This document shows, piece by piece, positions 40,486 through 48,743 of a DNA stretch of 64,000 nucleotides. The position numbers and the translations under genes were made by a program. Below the pieces are notes generated by a model. It was not told where the DNA came from, ran no database searches, and saw only the letters and a program-made list of their open reading frames with translations. Each line of letters starts with the position of its first letter. Within the stretch, counting starts at the first letter, position 1. The DNA is from Bdellovibrionales bacterium (GTDB lineage: Bacteria > Pseudomonadota > Alphaproteobacteria > UBA2400), in contig JBDHTQ010000001.1 of NCBI GenBank assembly GCA_039808765.1, positions 67,683 to 131,682 on the forward strand. Reading direction: 5' to 3'.

Positions 40486-40512
40486 GATACCCTCCTTGTT
40501 TAAAAAGTGTTA

Positions 40513-40528
40513 TGCAAAACCCGTTCCA
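40513..40528 (-). promoter_or_regulatory. sigma-54-type promoter motif upstream of flgE
   Basis: The minus strand reads TGGAAC-GGGTT-TTGCA (GG-N10-GC spacing). The -12 element lies ~28 nt upstream of the flgE ATG. Confidence 0.5.
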
Positions 40529-40530
40529 AC

Positions 40531-41268
40531 TTATGAACTTGTTGCGGTTGATGTTGAGTCACTTGATGCTGTTGTTGGAGCTGTGTAGGCACGTACTGAT
40601 TTTACAGCGCTGGGATCAATTTGCGCGCTGCCCATTTCAAGGACGGTATTGCCGCTGCTGTTTTGACTGATGCCTGTAACAACACCGTAGGTATTAATCG
40701 TATTTTTTACCGCAGCTCCACCCTCAGCGGTAGCCGTGACGCGTACCGTGTATGTGCCATCTGCAAGCTGATCACCTTCATTATCTTTGCCGTCCCAGCT
40801 CATTTCCTGTGCTTTGCCAGCTGTAAAATTCGAGCCATCAACTGTGAGGCCACGCACAAGTTTACCATCGCTGTCATAAATGCCGATATTGACCGATTTT
40901 GCCGCGCTCTCTAAGGTCACATCAAAGTTGGCATTGCTTCCTTGCAGCGGGAGTGTTGATGACTGAGATGAGACTTGCCAACCCAGATAATTCAGTGCGC
41001 TGTTGACGCCTTGACCTTGAAGCAAGTTAATCATGGAATCAAGTTTATCATTGGTTGAAAGCTGTTGCTCGACTTGGCTGTACATAACAAGTTGGTTGGT
41101 AAATTGTGCCGTATCCACCGGATTAAGGGGATCTTGATACTGCATTTGTGTTGTAAGCATTTGCAAAAATGTATCGAAATTGGCGTTCAGCGTTTTACGC
41201 GACGTTTCTGTTTTCGATGCGGTGGTATTGGTCGAGGTGGTTGAGGCGGTGGTCGTGGTCGTTGTCAT
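40531..41268 (-). CDS. flgD: flagellar hook capping/assembly protein FlgD
   Basis: The motif FDTFLQMLTTQMQYQDPLNPVDTAQFTNQLVMYSQVEQ is present, followed by a FlgD Ig-like C-terminal part. Confidence 0.85.
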   Translation of the reverse strand: MTTTTTTASTTSTNTTASKTETSRKTLNANFDTFLQMLTTQMQYQDPLNPVDTAQFTNQLVMYSQVEQQLSTNDKLDSMINLLQGQGVNSALNYLGWQVSSQSSTLPLQGSNANFDVTLESAAKSVNIGIYDSDGKLVRGLTVDGSNFTAGKAQEMSWDGKDNEGDQLADGTYTVRVTATAEGGAAVKNTINTYGVVTGISQNSSGNTVLEMGSAQIDPSAVKSVRAYTAPTTASSDSTSTATSS

Positions 41269-41298
41269 AACGTTTTCTCCTTAAACATTGTGGCGCCT

Positions 41299-43020
41299 TT
41301 AAACGCGTACATCCAAACGATCAGGATTGATGTACCATGTTACTTCACTGGCAGAGAGCGTTTGTTTATCGTCATTTTCACCATCTAAACCGAATCCAGC
41401 TTGAGAAGACGACGAACGTCCATCAGATTGTGCTTGTTGTTGTGACGATTGACCTTCGCCGCGCAGATTGAAGTTGAGGGTTGATCCATCTGTTTTAATT
41501 CCTGCATCGCTTAGCGCGCGTTCAAGACCTTTTTGATCACGTTGCAGCAGATCAAGTGTAGCGGGTTGATCGACCGAAAATCTCATCTGCACACTGCCGT
41601 CGCTGTTTGTGTCCATGCGCACCTCAATGCGACCTAGTTCAGCGGGATGAAGCTTAATGGTGATTTTATCTTGCCCGCTTTCAAAAGCATGCGAGATGTT
41701 TACCGCAACTTGATCACTCACGGGAACGTGGGTTCCATGACGATTGGAGTGAGCAAGCAAATCAGCAAATCGCGTCGCGCTATTTTCAGCTGTTTTATCC
41801 AGAGATTGAGGGGGGGTAAGTGTACCGCGATCTTTAAGCGTTACTTCTGTCCCATCAGGTTGATCGCTCTTCTTCTGTTCAAGCGTAACAACATCGGCCG
41901 AAACGGATGTTGCCATTGAGGAATGAGTTTCTGAGGTAAGTGATGCTTGAGTGATGGGGGGAGAGGGAGCAATCACGCTCTCATTTTGTGCCGATTGTTC
42001 CTCCTTGTGATGTGCAGAGGCTGCCATGTTTTTTGCGGTCGAGGTTTGATCGGTATCCACCGCTGTTTTTTGTTTGAGGGCTGTATCGGATTTGGTTCCA
42101 GCCTGCAAACCCACCTTGTGCGTATCAGATGTTTGATCCGTGCTCACTTCAGTATCAATGGTAGATGCTGTTTTTGTCTCTTGTTTATGGAGATCAATAG
42201 ATGCATTTGTTGCGTCATTGGCGTTGCTTACTCTTTGGGCGTCTGCAGTTTGCGCAGCCTGCTCTGATTGTTTTTGCTTCTGACTCGCGACAGCCTGCAT
42301 ATTTAGTTTTGCAATTGCATCCAAAAAGGCTTTGCCCATTTCTTCGGCCGAAGAAGAGCTGGAGAGTTGTGCAGCTTGCGCATTTTTGTTGGAGGCTTCC
42401 ACCTCTTGCAACGCTTGTGCGCGCTCAAGCAAATCGGCTAACGTCACGCCTTGGCTGCTGCCAGCTAAGGATGGACCGCTTTCGGCCAGAGTGGCTTGTG
42501 AGTCGGTTTTTTGTGTGGGCGCAAAAGCAGTAGGCGGCAGCGTCATCAAGGCACCGGCCAGACTGTCGAGCAAAGCGTTCTGCTCATCTTCTTTCAGGCC
42601 ATCCAAAACACCGGCTTCTTCAAGAAAACTGTGCAGAGCCGTCATATTCTCTTCTAATAAATCCGTTTGTAGACCCGGCATAACTGTTTCTAGCGAGACC
42701 ATACTCAACCCTTTGGCCTGTAACGCGGTGCTGAGCGCTGTCCATGAAACATTGGCTTGCGCGCTAGTGGTCGAGGCATAATTTTCCAGCGTTGTCAGAT
42801 TAATGGGTAAAGTTTGCCCAGTGACGCCGCCTTTGAATAACTTGAGCGAGGCAGTGGGTAAACCCTTGCCGCTTAAGGTTTGAATAAAACTGGAAAAGAG
42901 AGAAAATGCGTGGTTTTCGGTATTTTCTTGCGTGCTCGAAGCACCCAAAGCACCCAAAATGCCCGTACTGGACGAAGGAGTCGTGCTGGATAATGAAACG
43001 CCAGGAAGTGATGTCATCAT
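41299..43020 (-). CDS. fliK: flagellar hook-length control protein FliK
   Basis: The central region is long and Ser/Thr/Ala/Gln-rich. The C-terminal Flg_hook domain reads ITIKLHPAELGRIEVRMDT..VQMRFSVDQPATLDLLQRDQKGLERALSDAGIK. Confidence 0.75.
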   Translation of the reverse strand: MMTSLPGVSLSSTTPSSSTGILGALGASSTQENTENHAFSLFSSFIQTLSGKGLPTASLKLFKGGVTGQTLPINLTTLENYASTTSAQANVSWTALSTALQAKGLSMVSLETVMPGLQTDLLEENMTALHSFLEEAGVLDGLKEDEQNALLDSLAGALMTLPPTAFAPTQKTDSQATLAESGPSLAGSSQGVTLADLLERAQALQEVEASNKNAQAAQLSSSSSAEEMGKAFLDAIAKLNMQAVASQKQKQSEQAAQTADAQRVSNANDATNASIDLHKQETKTASTIDTEVSTDQTSDTHKVGLQAGTKSDTALKQKTAVDTDQTSTAKNMAASAHHKEEQSAQNESVIAPSPPITQASLTSETHSSMATSVSADVVTLEQKKSDQPDGTEVTLKDRGTLTPPQSLDKTAENSATRFADLLAHSNRHGTHVPVSDQVAVNISHAFESGQDKITIKLHPAELGRIEVRMDTNSDGSVQMRFSVDQPATLDLLQRDQKGLERALSDAGIKTDGSTLNFNLRGEGQSSQQQAQSDGRSSSSQAGFGLDGENDDKQTLSASEVTWYINPDRLDVRV

Positions 43021-43060
43021 AAACTCCTTGAAAAGAAATCAGTGCTCTGCATAGGAGATA

Positions 43061-43076
43061 AGCAAGACTTGGGCCA
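43061..43076 (-). promoter_or_regulatory. sigma-54-type promoter motif upstream of fliK
   Basis: The minus strand reads TGGCCC-AAGTC-TTGCT (GG-N10-GC). It lies ~40 nt upstream of the fliK ATG. Confidence 0.5.
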
Positions 43077-43155
43077 ATTCGATAAAACAATTTAAAAATC
43101 TTAGAAAATGGCGGTTATCCATACTTTTTTATTGAAGTGCCGACGTGCTTAAAAA

Positions 43156-43171
43156 TGGCACAAGATATGCA
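43156..43171 (+). promoter_or_regulatory. sigma-54-type promoter motif upstream of flgL
   Basis: The plus strand reads TGGCAC-AAGAT-ATGCA (GG-N10-GC). It lies ~80 nt upstream of the flgL ATG. Confidence 0.55.
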
Positions 43172-43251
43172 CAGATAAGGGAGCAAGGCGTCTGTCCGCA
43201 TGTGGGTCAGATCAGTTTGTTATGTTTGCCGATTAAATAAGGAGCGAAGCA

Positions 43252-44142
43252 ATGTCGACGATCTCCCGCGTGGGAACCCATCAATCTCAGAGCTTTATTC
43301 TTGATCAGATCAACAAAGCGACTGTTGGGTATGTTAAAACCCAAGAGCAGATTACCACGGGCTATAAATCCCAGCGTTACACGGGTATTTCAGATTATGC
43401 GGCTATGTCGGTCAACCTTTCCAACAGCAAAGATAATTTGCAGCAATATCTTGATGCCTCGAGTGTTACAAATTCTCGTATTAGTGCGATGCACACGGCT
43501 CTTTCTAATATCTTGGATATTGTTAGCTCAATGCGGGCGCAATTGATTCAAGGGATGACGGCCGATCAAGCTGATGATGCGCAGCTACAATCGGTTGCAT
43601 CCGAATATCTGTCGCAAGTTGAATCGGCTCTCAACACAGATTTGGGGGGCGTTTATTTGTTTGGCGGTACAAAAAATACGACGCCGCCCGTTGATTTAAG
43701 TGATCCGATCAATAATGCGAGCGGCGACTTTTATTCAGGCGCAGGGCAGTTGATGCAAGCGCGGATTGATGAAAACACCGTTTTCCAGTATGGCGATACA
43801 GCTAACCGACAAGGGTTTAAAGATTTGGTGGCGTCACTGCAGCGTGTTATTTCTGCTTCAGGGGATCTGAGTCAGCTCGAAACTGCATTGGATGAAATTA
43901 ACGACTCCCTCTCCGACCTCACAAATCTAGAGGCTGTGATGGGTTATCAGATGAAGGTTGTTGAGCAATCACAAACACGCAACGACGCCGTAAAATCGAC
44001 AGTAGTTAATCAGCTTTCCTCAATACAAGATGTTGACGTTTCTGCAGCCATGGTCGATCTCACCCAGCGCGAAACGATTTTGCAGGCGTCTTATCAAGTC
44101 ATTGCACGCGGTAGCCAGTTAAGTCTTACAAACTACCTGTAA
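43252..44142 (+). CDS. flgL: flagellar hook-associated protein 3 (FlgL), flagellin-fold
   Basis: 296 aa with flagellin-like N- and C-terminal helices (..LQASYQVIARGSQLSLTNYL). It is too short and too divergent to be a flagellin. No flgK is adjacent. Confidence 0.6.
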   Translation: MSTISRVGTHQSQSFILDQINKATVGYVKTQEQITTGYKSQRYTGISDYAAMSVNLSNSKDNLQQYLDASSVTNSRISAMHTALSNILDIVSSMRAQLIQGMTADQADDAQLQSVASEYLSQVESALNTDLGGVYLFGGTKNTTPPVDLSDPINNASGDFYSGAGQLMQARIDENTVFQYGDTANRQGFKDLVASLQRVISASGDLSQLETALDEINDSLSDLTNLEAVMGYQMKVVEQSQTRNDAVKSTVVNQLSSIQDVDVSAAMVDLTQRETILQASYQVIARGSQLSLTNYL

Positions 44143-44324
44143 AATCATTTGCCTTGCATTAATTCATTGTAGCGAGAGGATAAAATGATTTTATTTTTAA
44201 GATCGGAAAATTATGCGCACAGGACTAGAAATCCTTTTGTGAGTTGAAGGTGTAAATGATTAAATAATTTTTACTTTTTTAGTTTAGAGTGAAATTTCTT
44301 TGTAAAAAATTAGGAGAGTAAGTC

Positions 44325-44948
44325 ATGTTGTCACTCCTCATTCTAAGCGCAATTATGTTATGTGAACTTTTTATTCATTATGTATTTATATATGAGTTTA
44401 TTGGTGGCTGGCTGATCCTTCTCATAAAAATTGCGTCTGATAAAATCGCCCCGCGCAAGGCAAAAATTCTAAATTTTTTGGGTGTTCTTTTTTTTCCGCC
44501 CCTTATGTTGGTTTTTGCGTTGAAACAAAAATCGTGGGCATGGAAAATTTATGGCGGATTTAATTTGGTCGTTATTATTATCTTGTTGGCGCTGACAGTT
44601 TCTTATACGTCAATACACACAAAGCGTCCTTATCGGGATGATCAGTTTTTAAAAATATCTAAGAATGACAATTCGTCTGAAACATCGGCTAAACTTGCTA
44701 TCAATGATATATATGTAAAGGTTACGTCGCTTGAAGATGCTCATGACAAAAAAAGTCCCGTCGGTGTCGTTATTTTTCGATTGGGTCGTTATGCCGATAG
44801 CTTGGAAAGCCACGCCATTGAACCGCAAAGGATCGAATCTGAACTGAAAAAGTTAGAGCCTTATCTCGATGATAAAAAACTCACTTCGCATGAGGTGGAC
44901 CAGTGGGTTCGCGACACTATGCCGAGTAACTCTAAGGGGATGAAGTGA
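44325..44948 (+). CDS. hypothetical membrane protein in an AT-rich insert
   Basis: Four hydrophobic helices in the N-terminal half and a charged C-terminal half. The gene and its flanks are visibly more AT-rich than the neighbouring flagellar genes. Confidence 0.4.
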   Translation: MLSLLILSAIMLCELFIHYVFIYEFIGGWLILLIKIASDKIAPRKAKILNFLGVLFFPPLMLVFALKQKSWAWKIYGGFNLVVIIILLALTVSYTSIHTKRPYRDDQFLKISKNDNSSETSAKLAINDIYVKVTSLEDAHDKKSPVGVVIFRLGRYADSLESHAIEPQRIESELKKLEPYLDDKKLTSHEVDQWVRDTMPSNSKGMK

Positions 44949-44966
44949 TTTTTTGCAGAAAAGTTT

Positions 44967-45260
44967 TCAAGTGTTTGGCGCGGTGTAAACTTTGTTGTTG
45001 GCAGCATAAACGCGCGCCAGAATTTCACTGACAACATGTAATGCTTCAAGGGGAATGTTCTCACCCACATCAACGGCCGCAAGAATTTGAGCGAGGTCGG
45101 CGTCTTCACGCACTTTTACGCCATTTGCAAAGGCAAGCTCTAAGATCGCTTGAGCAACTTCGCCATAACCGCTGGCAACTACTTTGGGCAGCGGTCCTTC
45201 TGCGCCTTGTAACGCGACTGCGACGGTGCGGGGTGGGGAAGGGGGGATCATCAACAACAC
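44967..45260 (-). CDS. FlhB C-terminal-domain-like protein (EscU/YscU/HrcU family fragment, YlqH-like)
   Basis: The sequence VAVALQGAEGPLPKVVASGYGEVAQAILELAFANGVKVREDADLAQILAAVDVGENIPLEALHVVSEILARVY matches the soluble C-terminal domain of FlhB. It has no TM domain. Confidence 0.7.
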   Translation of the reverse strand: MLLMIPPSPPRTVAVALQGAEGPLPKVVASGYGEVAQAILELAFANGVKVREDADLAQILAAVDVGENIPLEALHVVSEILARVYAANNKVYTAPNT

Positions 45261-45279
45261 TCCTTCACGTAGCGATATT

Positions 45280-46842
45280 TTACCCTAATAATGCATAAAC
45301 CCATTCAGGGCGAAGATCAGGCCACCACAAAAGCAACAATGCGATGACAATCACTGCAAGGCTTGCTCCCCAACCAATCGAACCGGCAGTCGCAGAAATT
45401 TTTTTATTGGGTGCGATGATGGTTTTAAGGGCGCGACGTCCGGCTATTTCAACGCTTATCCATGGAATAAGAGCAAAAATAGCGATAAGGCCGATATCCA
45501 TAGCCCATGTTGGCACGTTGGCGGGAATAAACTCAGGGCGGGGATTATAGAGCCACGCAAAAATAGCTCCGCTTGAAAGTGCGATAGATCCGCCCGCAGC
45601 GATTAATCGCGGTTTAACAGTTACGGTTGAAAACAAGCGTCGCAATTGTCCTGCTAGCATGAAGGCGACATCGGGAGAGACGCCGTAAGGATAGCGTCGC
45701 GCAAAAAACACTCGGGGTTTAACGCCCGCAGCCAAGGCTTCGCTCAGTTCTCGCAATAAACGAAACTGACGGCAGAATTTTGGCAAGGTTGTTAAGTCAA
45801 GTGATCGTGTTATTTGTTTCAAACGATCATCCAGTAATGGGGGGAAGGAGACAAGAATGGGTTTGTATCCTAATGATTCCACCACTACGATTTCATCTTT
45901 AAGCTGTAAAGTAAATTGGCCATAGGGAAAGCGGGCGTCAAGCGCAATAGCTGGTACATCCATTTCGGGCGGGGTTGGGGCGGGCGAAACCAATGCAATG
46001 CCCATTTTATCGAGCTTATCCAGCCCAACGTCGTTCAGTGCATCAACGACGTTCCCATTAGGTTGAGGGATGAAACTTCCAGCGCGAAAACTGCTTACAG
46101 CATTCACTGTTAGTGTTGTTAATTCTGTAAAATAACCTTGTCCATTACAGAGAGTGCATTGTGTTTGGCCATGGCCTTGGCAATGGGTGCAAACAATACG
46201 TCCGCGACTGTTGCATTGAGGGCATGGCAACGTGCGCAGACCATTGCATTGGGGGCATGCCCGTCCGCCTTGGCTGGACGGATCGCTGCCTGTACCGCGA
46301 CACGTGGTACAATTAATGCGGCCACGCTCATAGCAAAGTTCGCATGATCGTTCGCGCTGGCCGTGGCAGGTGCGACACACTTCCCAACGTTGGCCCTTAC
46401 ATTGTTCGCATACTTCCGTCAAAGCAACTGTTTGGGTTAAGCGAGGCAAAGGCCAGCGCGCTGCGTTGCTTCCCCAAAGCTGACTTAATTGGCCTTGTAC
46501 AGCAGTTTGAACATCTTCTAGCCAACCTGGTTGTGCTTCAAACGTTTGAGTGGCCGTGCTGAGGTAATGAGTATATTGGTGACGGTCTTGAAAAACCTTG
46601 TTTTCATTGCCGTTGGTCTGCCCGGGGCGCCGCTGGGTGTTCTGGTTTACGGCGAGTTTAAATTCTACCAAGCCTTTAAGGGTAAAATCGGTATTTTTAT
46701 CCTGACGGATATCAATTTCATCGAATCGGTATCCGTTGCCTGCAAGGATGCGGCGCAATAAAGTCAGTGTGCTATTGCGCAGGTCACCAATTTCATCAGC
46801 GGACGAGATGGGCAGGTCGGGATCTATGGGTTGATCAGACAT
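45280..46842 (-). CDS. membrane protein with a DnaJ-type zinc-finger array (eight CxxC motifs) and C-terminal TM helices
   Basis: Residues ~169-260 of the listed ORF read CEQCKGQR, CRTCHGQR, CELCYERG, CTTCRGTG, CPQCNGLR, CPQCNSRG, CTHCQGHG, CTLCNGQG. Three or more hydrophobic helices lie at the C-terminus. The start is uncertain (46914, 46854 or 46842). Confidence 0.55.
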   Translation of the reverse strand: MSDQPIDPDLPISSADEIGDLRNSTLTLLRRILAGNGYRFDEIDIRQDKNTDFTLKGLVEFKLAVNQNTQRRPGQTNGNENKVFQDRHQYTHYLSTATQTFEAQPGWLEDVQTAVQGQLSQLWGSNAARWPLPRLTQTVALTEVCEQCKGQRWEVCRTCHGQRERSCELCYERGRINCTTCRGTGSDPSSQGGRACPQCNGLRTLPCPQCNSRGRIVCTHCQGHGQTQCTLCNGQGYFTELTTLTVNAVSSFRAGSFIPQPNGNVVDALNDVGLDKLDKMGIALVSPAPTPPEMDVPAIALDARFPYGQFTLQLKDEIVVVESLGYKPILVSFPPLLDDRLKQITRSLDLTTLPKFCRQFRLLRELSEALAAGVKPRVFFARRYPYGVSPDVAFMLAGQLRRLFSTVTVKPRLIAAGGSIALSSGAIFAWLYNPRPEFIPANVPTWAMDIGLIAIFALIPWISVEIAGRRALKTIIAPNKKISATAGSIGWGASLAVIVIALLLLWWPDLRPEWVYALLG

Positions 46843-47182
46843 GGGATGAATCATCCTCGGGTGTTTGGTTGGGATTGGAAAGTGGGCCCTTTTCCTCTGA
46901 CGAAGGGTGGGCATGGGGATCGGATTCTTGAAGAGTGACTTTACCTAAAGAAAAGGGCTTGTCTGGCAAAATAAGGGGCCGGTCCGGCGGTATGAAGGCA
47001 ATTTCTGCCGCGGCGCGGTTCTCCTCCTGAATGCGGTCAAAGACTTCTTTGCGCAGGATTGTGATTGACTCAGGGAATTTTAACCCCAGTTTAACAGATT
47101 TTCCCGAAACAGAAACCACTGTAATCTCAATGTTTTCATTGATCATAATGGTTTCGCCGATTTTTCTGGTCAGATAAAGCAC
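46835..47182 (-). CDS. csrA: CsrA-family RNA-binding regulator with a ~50-aa Pro-rich C-terminal extension
   Basis: A GTG start at 47182 gives MLYLTRKIGETIMINENIEITVVSVSGKSVKLGLKFPESITILRKEVFDRIQEE. This is collinear with E. coli CsrA ([54 protein letters not shown]). Confidence 0.7.
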   Translation of the reverse strand: MLYLTRKIGETIMINENIEITVVSVSGKSVKLGLKFPESITILRKEVFDRIQEENRAAAEIAFIPPDRPLILPDKPFSLGKVTLQESDPHAHPSSEEKGPLSNPNQTPEDDSSHV

Positions 47183-47186
47183 GGAT

Positions 47187-47202
47187 TGGCCTGTTTCCTG
47201 CA
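47187..47202 (+). promoter_or_regulatory. weaker sigma-54-like motif facing flgB
   Basis: The sequence is TGGCCT-GTTTC-CTGCA (GG-N10-GC), ~135 nt upstream of the flgB ATG. It is a weaker match than the three motifs above. Confidence 0.3.
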
Positions 47203-47295
47203 AGGGGTTAATCGATAGGGTGTAAGAGCATAAGCTCCCGGTAAAAATGACCGACCTATTTGTAACAGGACTGTTCTCACCTGACAAAGGCAAAA

Positions 47296-47311
47296 TGCGA
47301 AAAGCACGCCA
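47296..47311 (-). promoter_or_regulatory. weaker sigma-54-like motif facing the csrA-like operon
   Basis: The minus strand reads TGGCGT-GCTTT-TCGCA (GG-N10-GC), ~115 nt upstream of the csrA-like GTG. Confidence 0.3.
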
Positions 47312-47338
47312 GTAGGAGAGAGGAGAAGGGGGTAAACG

Positions 47339-47752
47339 ATGTCCATGAGTGGATTAACATTACTTTCTCAAATTGAGAAAAAAGTCGATTGGCTGGCAGC
47401 ACGATCGCAAATTTTGTCCAAAAACGTGGCAAATGCCGACACACCGGGTTATCGTACGCAGGACTTGAAGCCATTTAGCCTTACTCGCACCCTTCAGGGT
47501 GCACCGGCGCTGGCGCTGGCAAGCACAAGTAGCGGTCATATCACCGACTCGCCGCGTGTTTCGCAGGTGCCGGTCCTTGATGATAATCTGCCGATTACCG
47601 AAACCTCGCCGGATGGTAATCAGGTTTCGATTGAAGATCAAATGACCAAAGTTGCTGATACCGGTATGGAGTATCAGACAATGACCAACCTTTACCGCAA
47701 ACAACTATCTATGCTGAAAACGGCGATCGGTCGTGGCGGCGCGTCAGCATAA
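47339..47752 (+). CDS. flgB: flagellar basal-body rod protein FlgB
   Basis: The motif LAARSQILSKNVANADTPGYR is present. It is the first gene of flgB-flgC-fliE. Confidence 0.85.
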   Translation: MSMSGLTLLSQIEKKVDWLAARSQILSKNVANADTPGYRTQDLKPFSLTRTLQGAPALALASTSSGHITDSPRVSQVPVLDDNLPITETSPDGNQVSIEDQMTKVADTGMEYQTMTNLYRKQLSMLKTAIGRGGASA

Positions 47753-47775
47753 TTGAAGAGACAGAGGAGGTTTAG

Positions 47776-48192
47776 ATGGACGGAAGTTTTTCAACCACAC
47801 AAAAAATTTCTTATGCCGGTCTTGCTGCACAAGCAGCACGCATGCGCGTGATTGCAGAAAATATTGCAAATGCTGATTCGACCGCTCCTACGCCCGACGG
47901 TTTGCCATATCGTCGTCAGGTTGTAACATTCGGGCAGCAGCTTGATGAAACAAGCGGCACAGATTTGGTCAAAGTTAAAGACATCAAGCAAGACGGTAGC
48001 GAATTTCCCCGTAAATATATGCCAGGACATCCCAGTGCTGATGCCGATGGGTACGTTTTGTATCCTAATGTGAATAGTCTGGTAGAGACCATGGATATGC
48101 GTGCTGCTCAGCGCAGTTACGAAGCCAATTTGAATGTTATTGAAAATGAGCGTATGATGGCCGCGCGCTCAATTGATCTTTTACGCGCTTAA
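47776..48192 (+). CDS. flgC: flagellar basal-body rod protein FlgC
   Basis: The motif RMRVIAENIANADST is present. The C-terminus reads VNSLVETMDMRAAQRSYEANLNVIENERMMAARSIDLLR. Confidence 0.9.
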   Translation: MDGSFSTTQKISYAGLAAQAARMRVIAENIANADSTAPTPDGLPYRRQVVTFGQQLDETSGTDLVKVKDIKQDGSEFPRKYMPGHPSADADGYVLYPNVNSLVETMDMRAAQRSYEANLNVIENERMMAARSIDLLRA

Positions 48193-48224
48193 GGTATGCT
48201 GGAGAGAGCAGAAAGGAGGGTCGC

Positions 48225-48539
48225 ATGGTAAATCTTAATCAGGTTGCGTCTGCGGCCTATGGCGCCAGTCAGAAACTAGGCTTAAAAGGGGCTGGTGAGC
48301 CCGCTCAGAATGATGGCCAGTACGATACCTTTGCCGCTATGGTTGAAAAAGGGATGGATAGGGTTATCGATAGCCAGCACCGTGCCGAAAAGCTTTCCGC
48401 CGATTTGGTTATGGGGAAAGCGGATGTCAATGATGTGATTTTTGCAACTCAGGATGCCAGTATGATGCTTGAAACATTTGTTGCGCTTCGTGATAAAGTC
48501 CTTCAGGCTTATCAAAATATCATGAGTTCAGCGATCTAA
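48225..48539 (+). CDS. fliE: flagellar hook-basal body complex protein FliE
   Basis: 104 aa. The C-terminus is DVNDVIFATQDASMMLETFVALRDKVLQAYQNIMSSAI. Confidence 0.85.
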   Translation: MVNLNQVASAAYGASQKLGLKGAGEPAQNDGQYDTFAAMVEKGMDRVIDSQHRAEKLSADLVMGKADVNDVIFATQDASMMLETFVALRDKVLQAYQNIMSSAI

Positions 48540-48743
48540 ACTGAGGCAAGTGCAATCGTTTACTCCTTACTTCTTGCATCTTCTTTTTTCCTTTGATGCT
48601 GCCTGCAGCAAAACTTCGCGTTGTGTTTTTGTTCGATCAACTTTATAAGTTTTTATCCCCCTACGGATTGCTCGAAGGTTTTGCCGGGCGAGTGAGGCAG
48701 GGATCAGTGTTTCGCCGTAAAAATTACCGAGGTTTTGTTCAAA

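Noticed and set aside
41647-42781. Several plus-strand ORFs (41647..41919, 41947..42267, 42201..42533, 42332..42781)
   Set aside because: They are antisense to the low-complexity Ser/Thr/Ala/Gln-rich fliK gene. Such compositional bias keeps the opposite strand open. The FliK C-terminal domain supports the minus-strand frame.
46119-46347. ORFs 46119..46331 (-) and 46138..46347 (+)
   Set aside because: These are alternative-frame and antisense shadows inside the Cys/Gly codon-rich zinc-finger region of 45280..46842.
38674-47338. CtrA binding boxes (TTAA-N7-TTAA) in the flagellar intergenic regions
   Set aside because: I scanned the spacers at 38674-38835, 43021-43251 and 47183-47338 by eye and found only half-sites (e.g. 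TTAAaatgtcaTTCG), nothing convincing.
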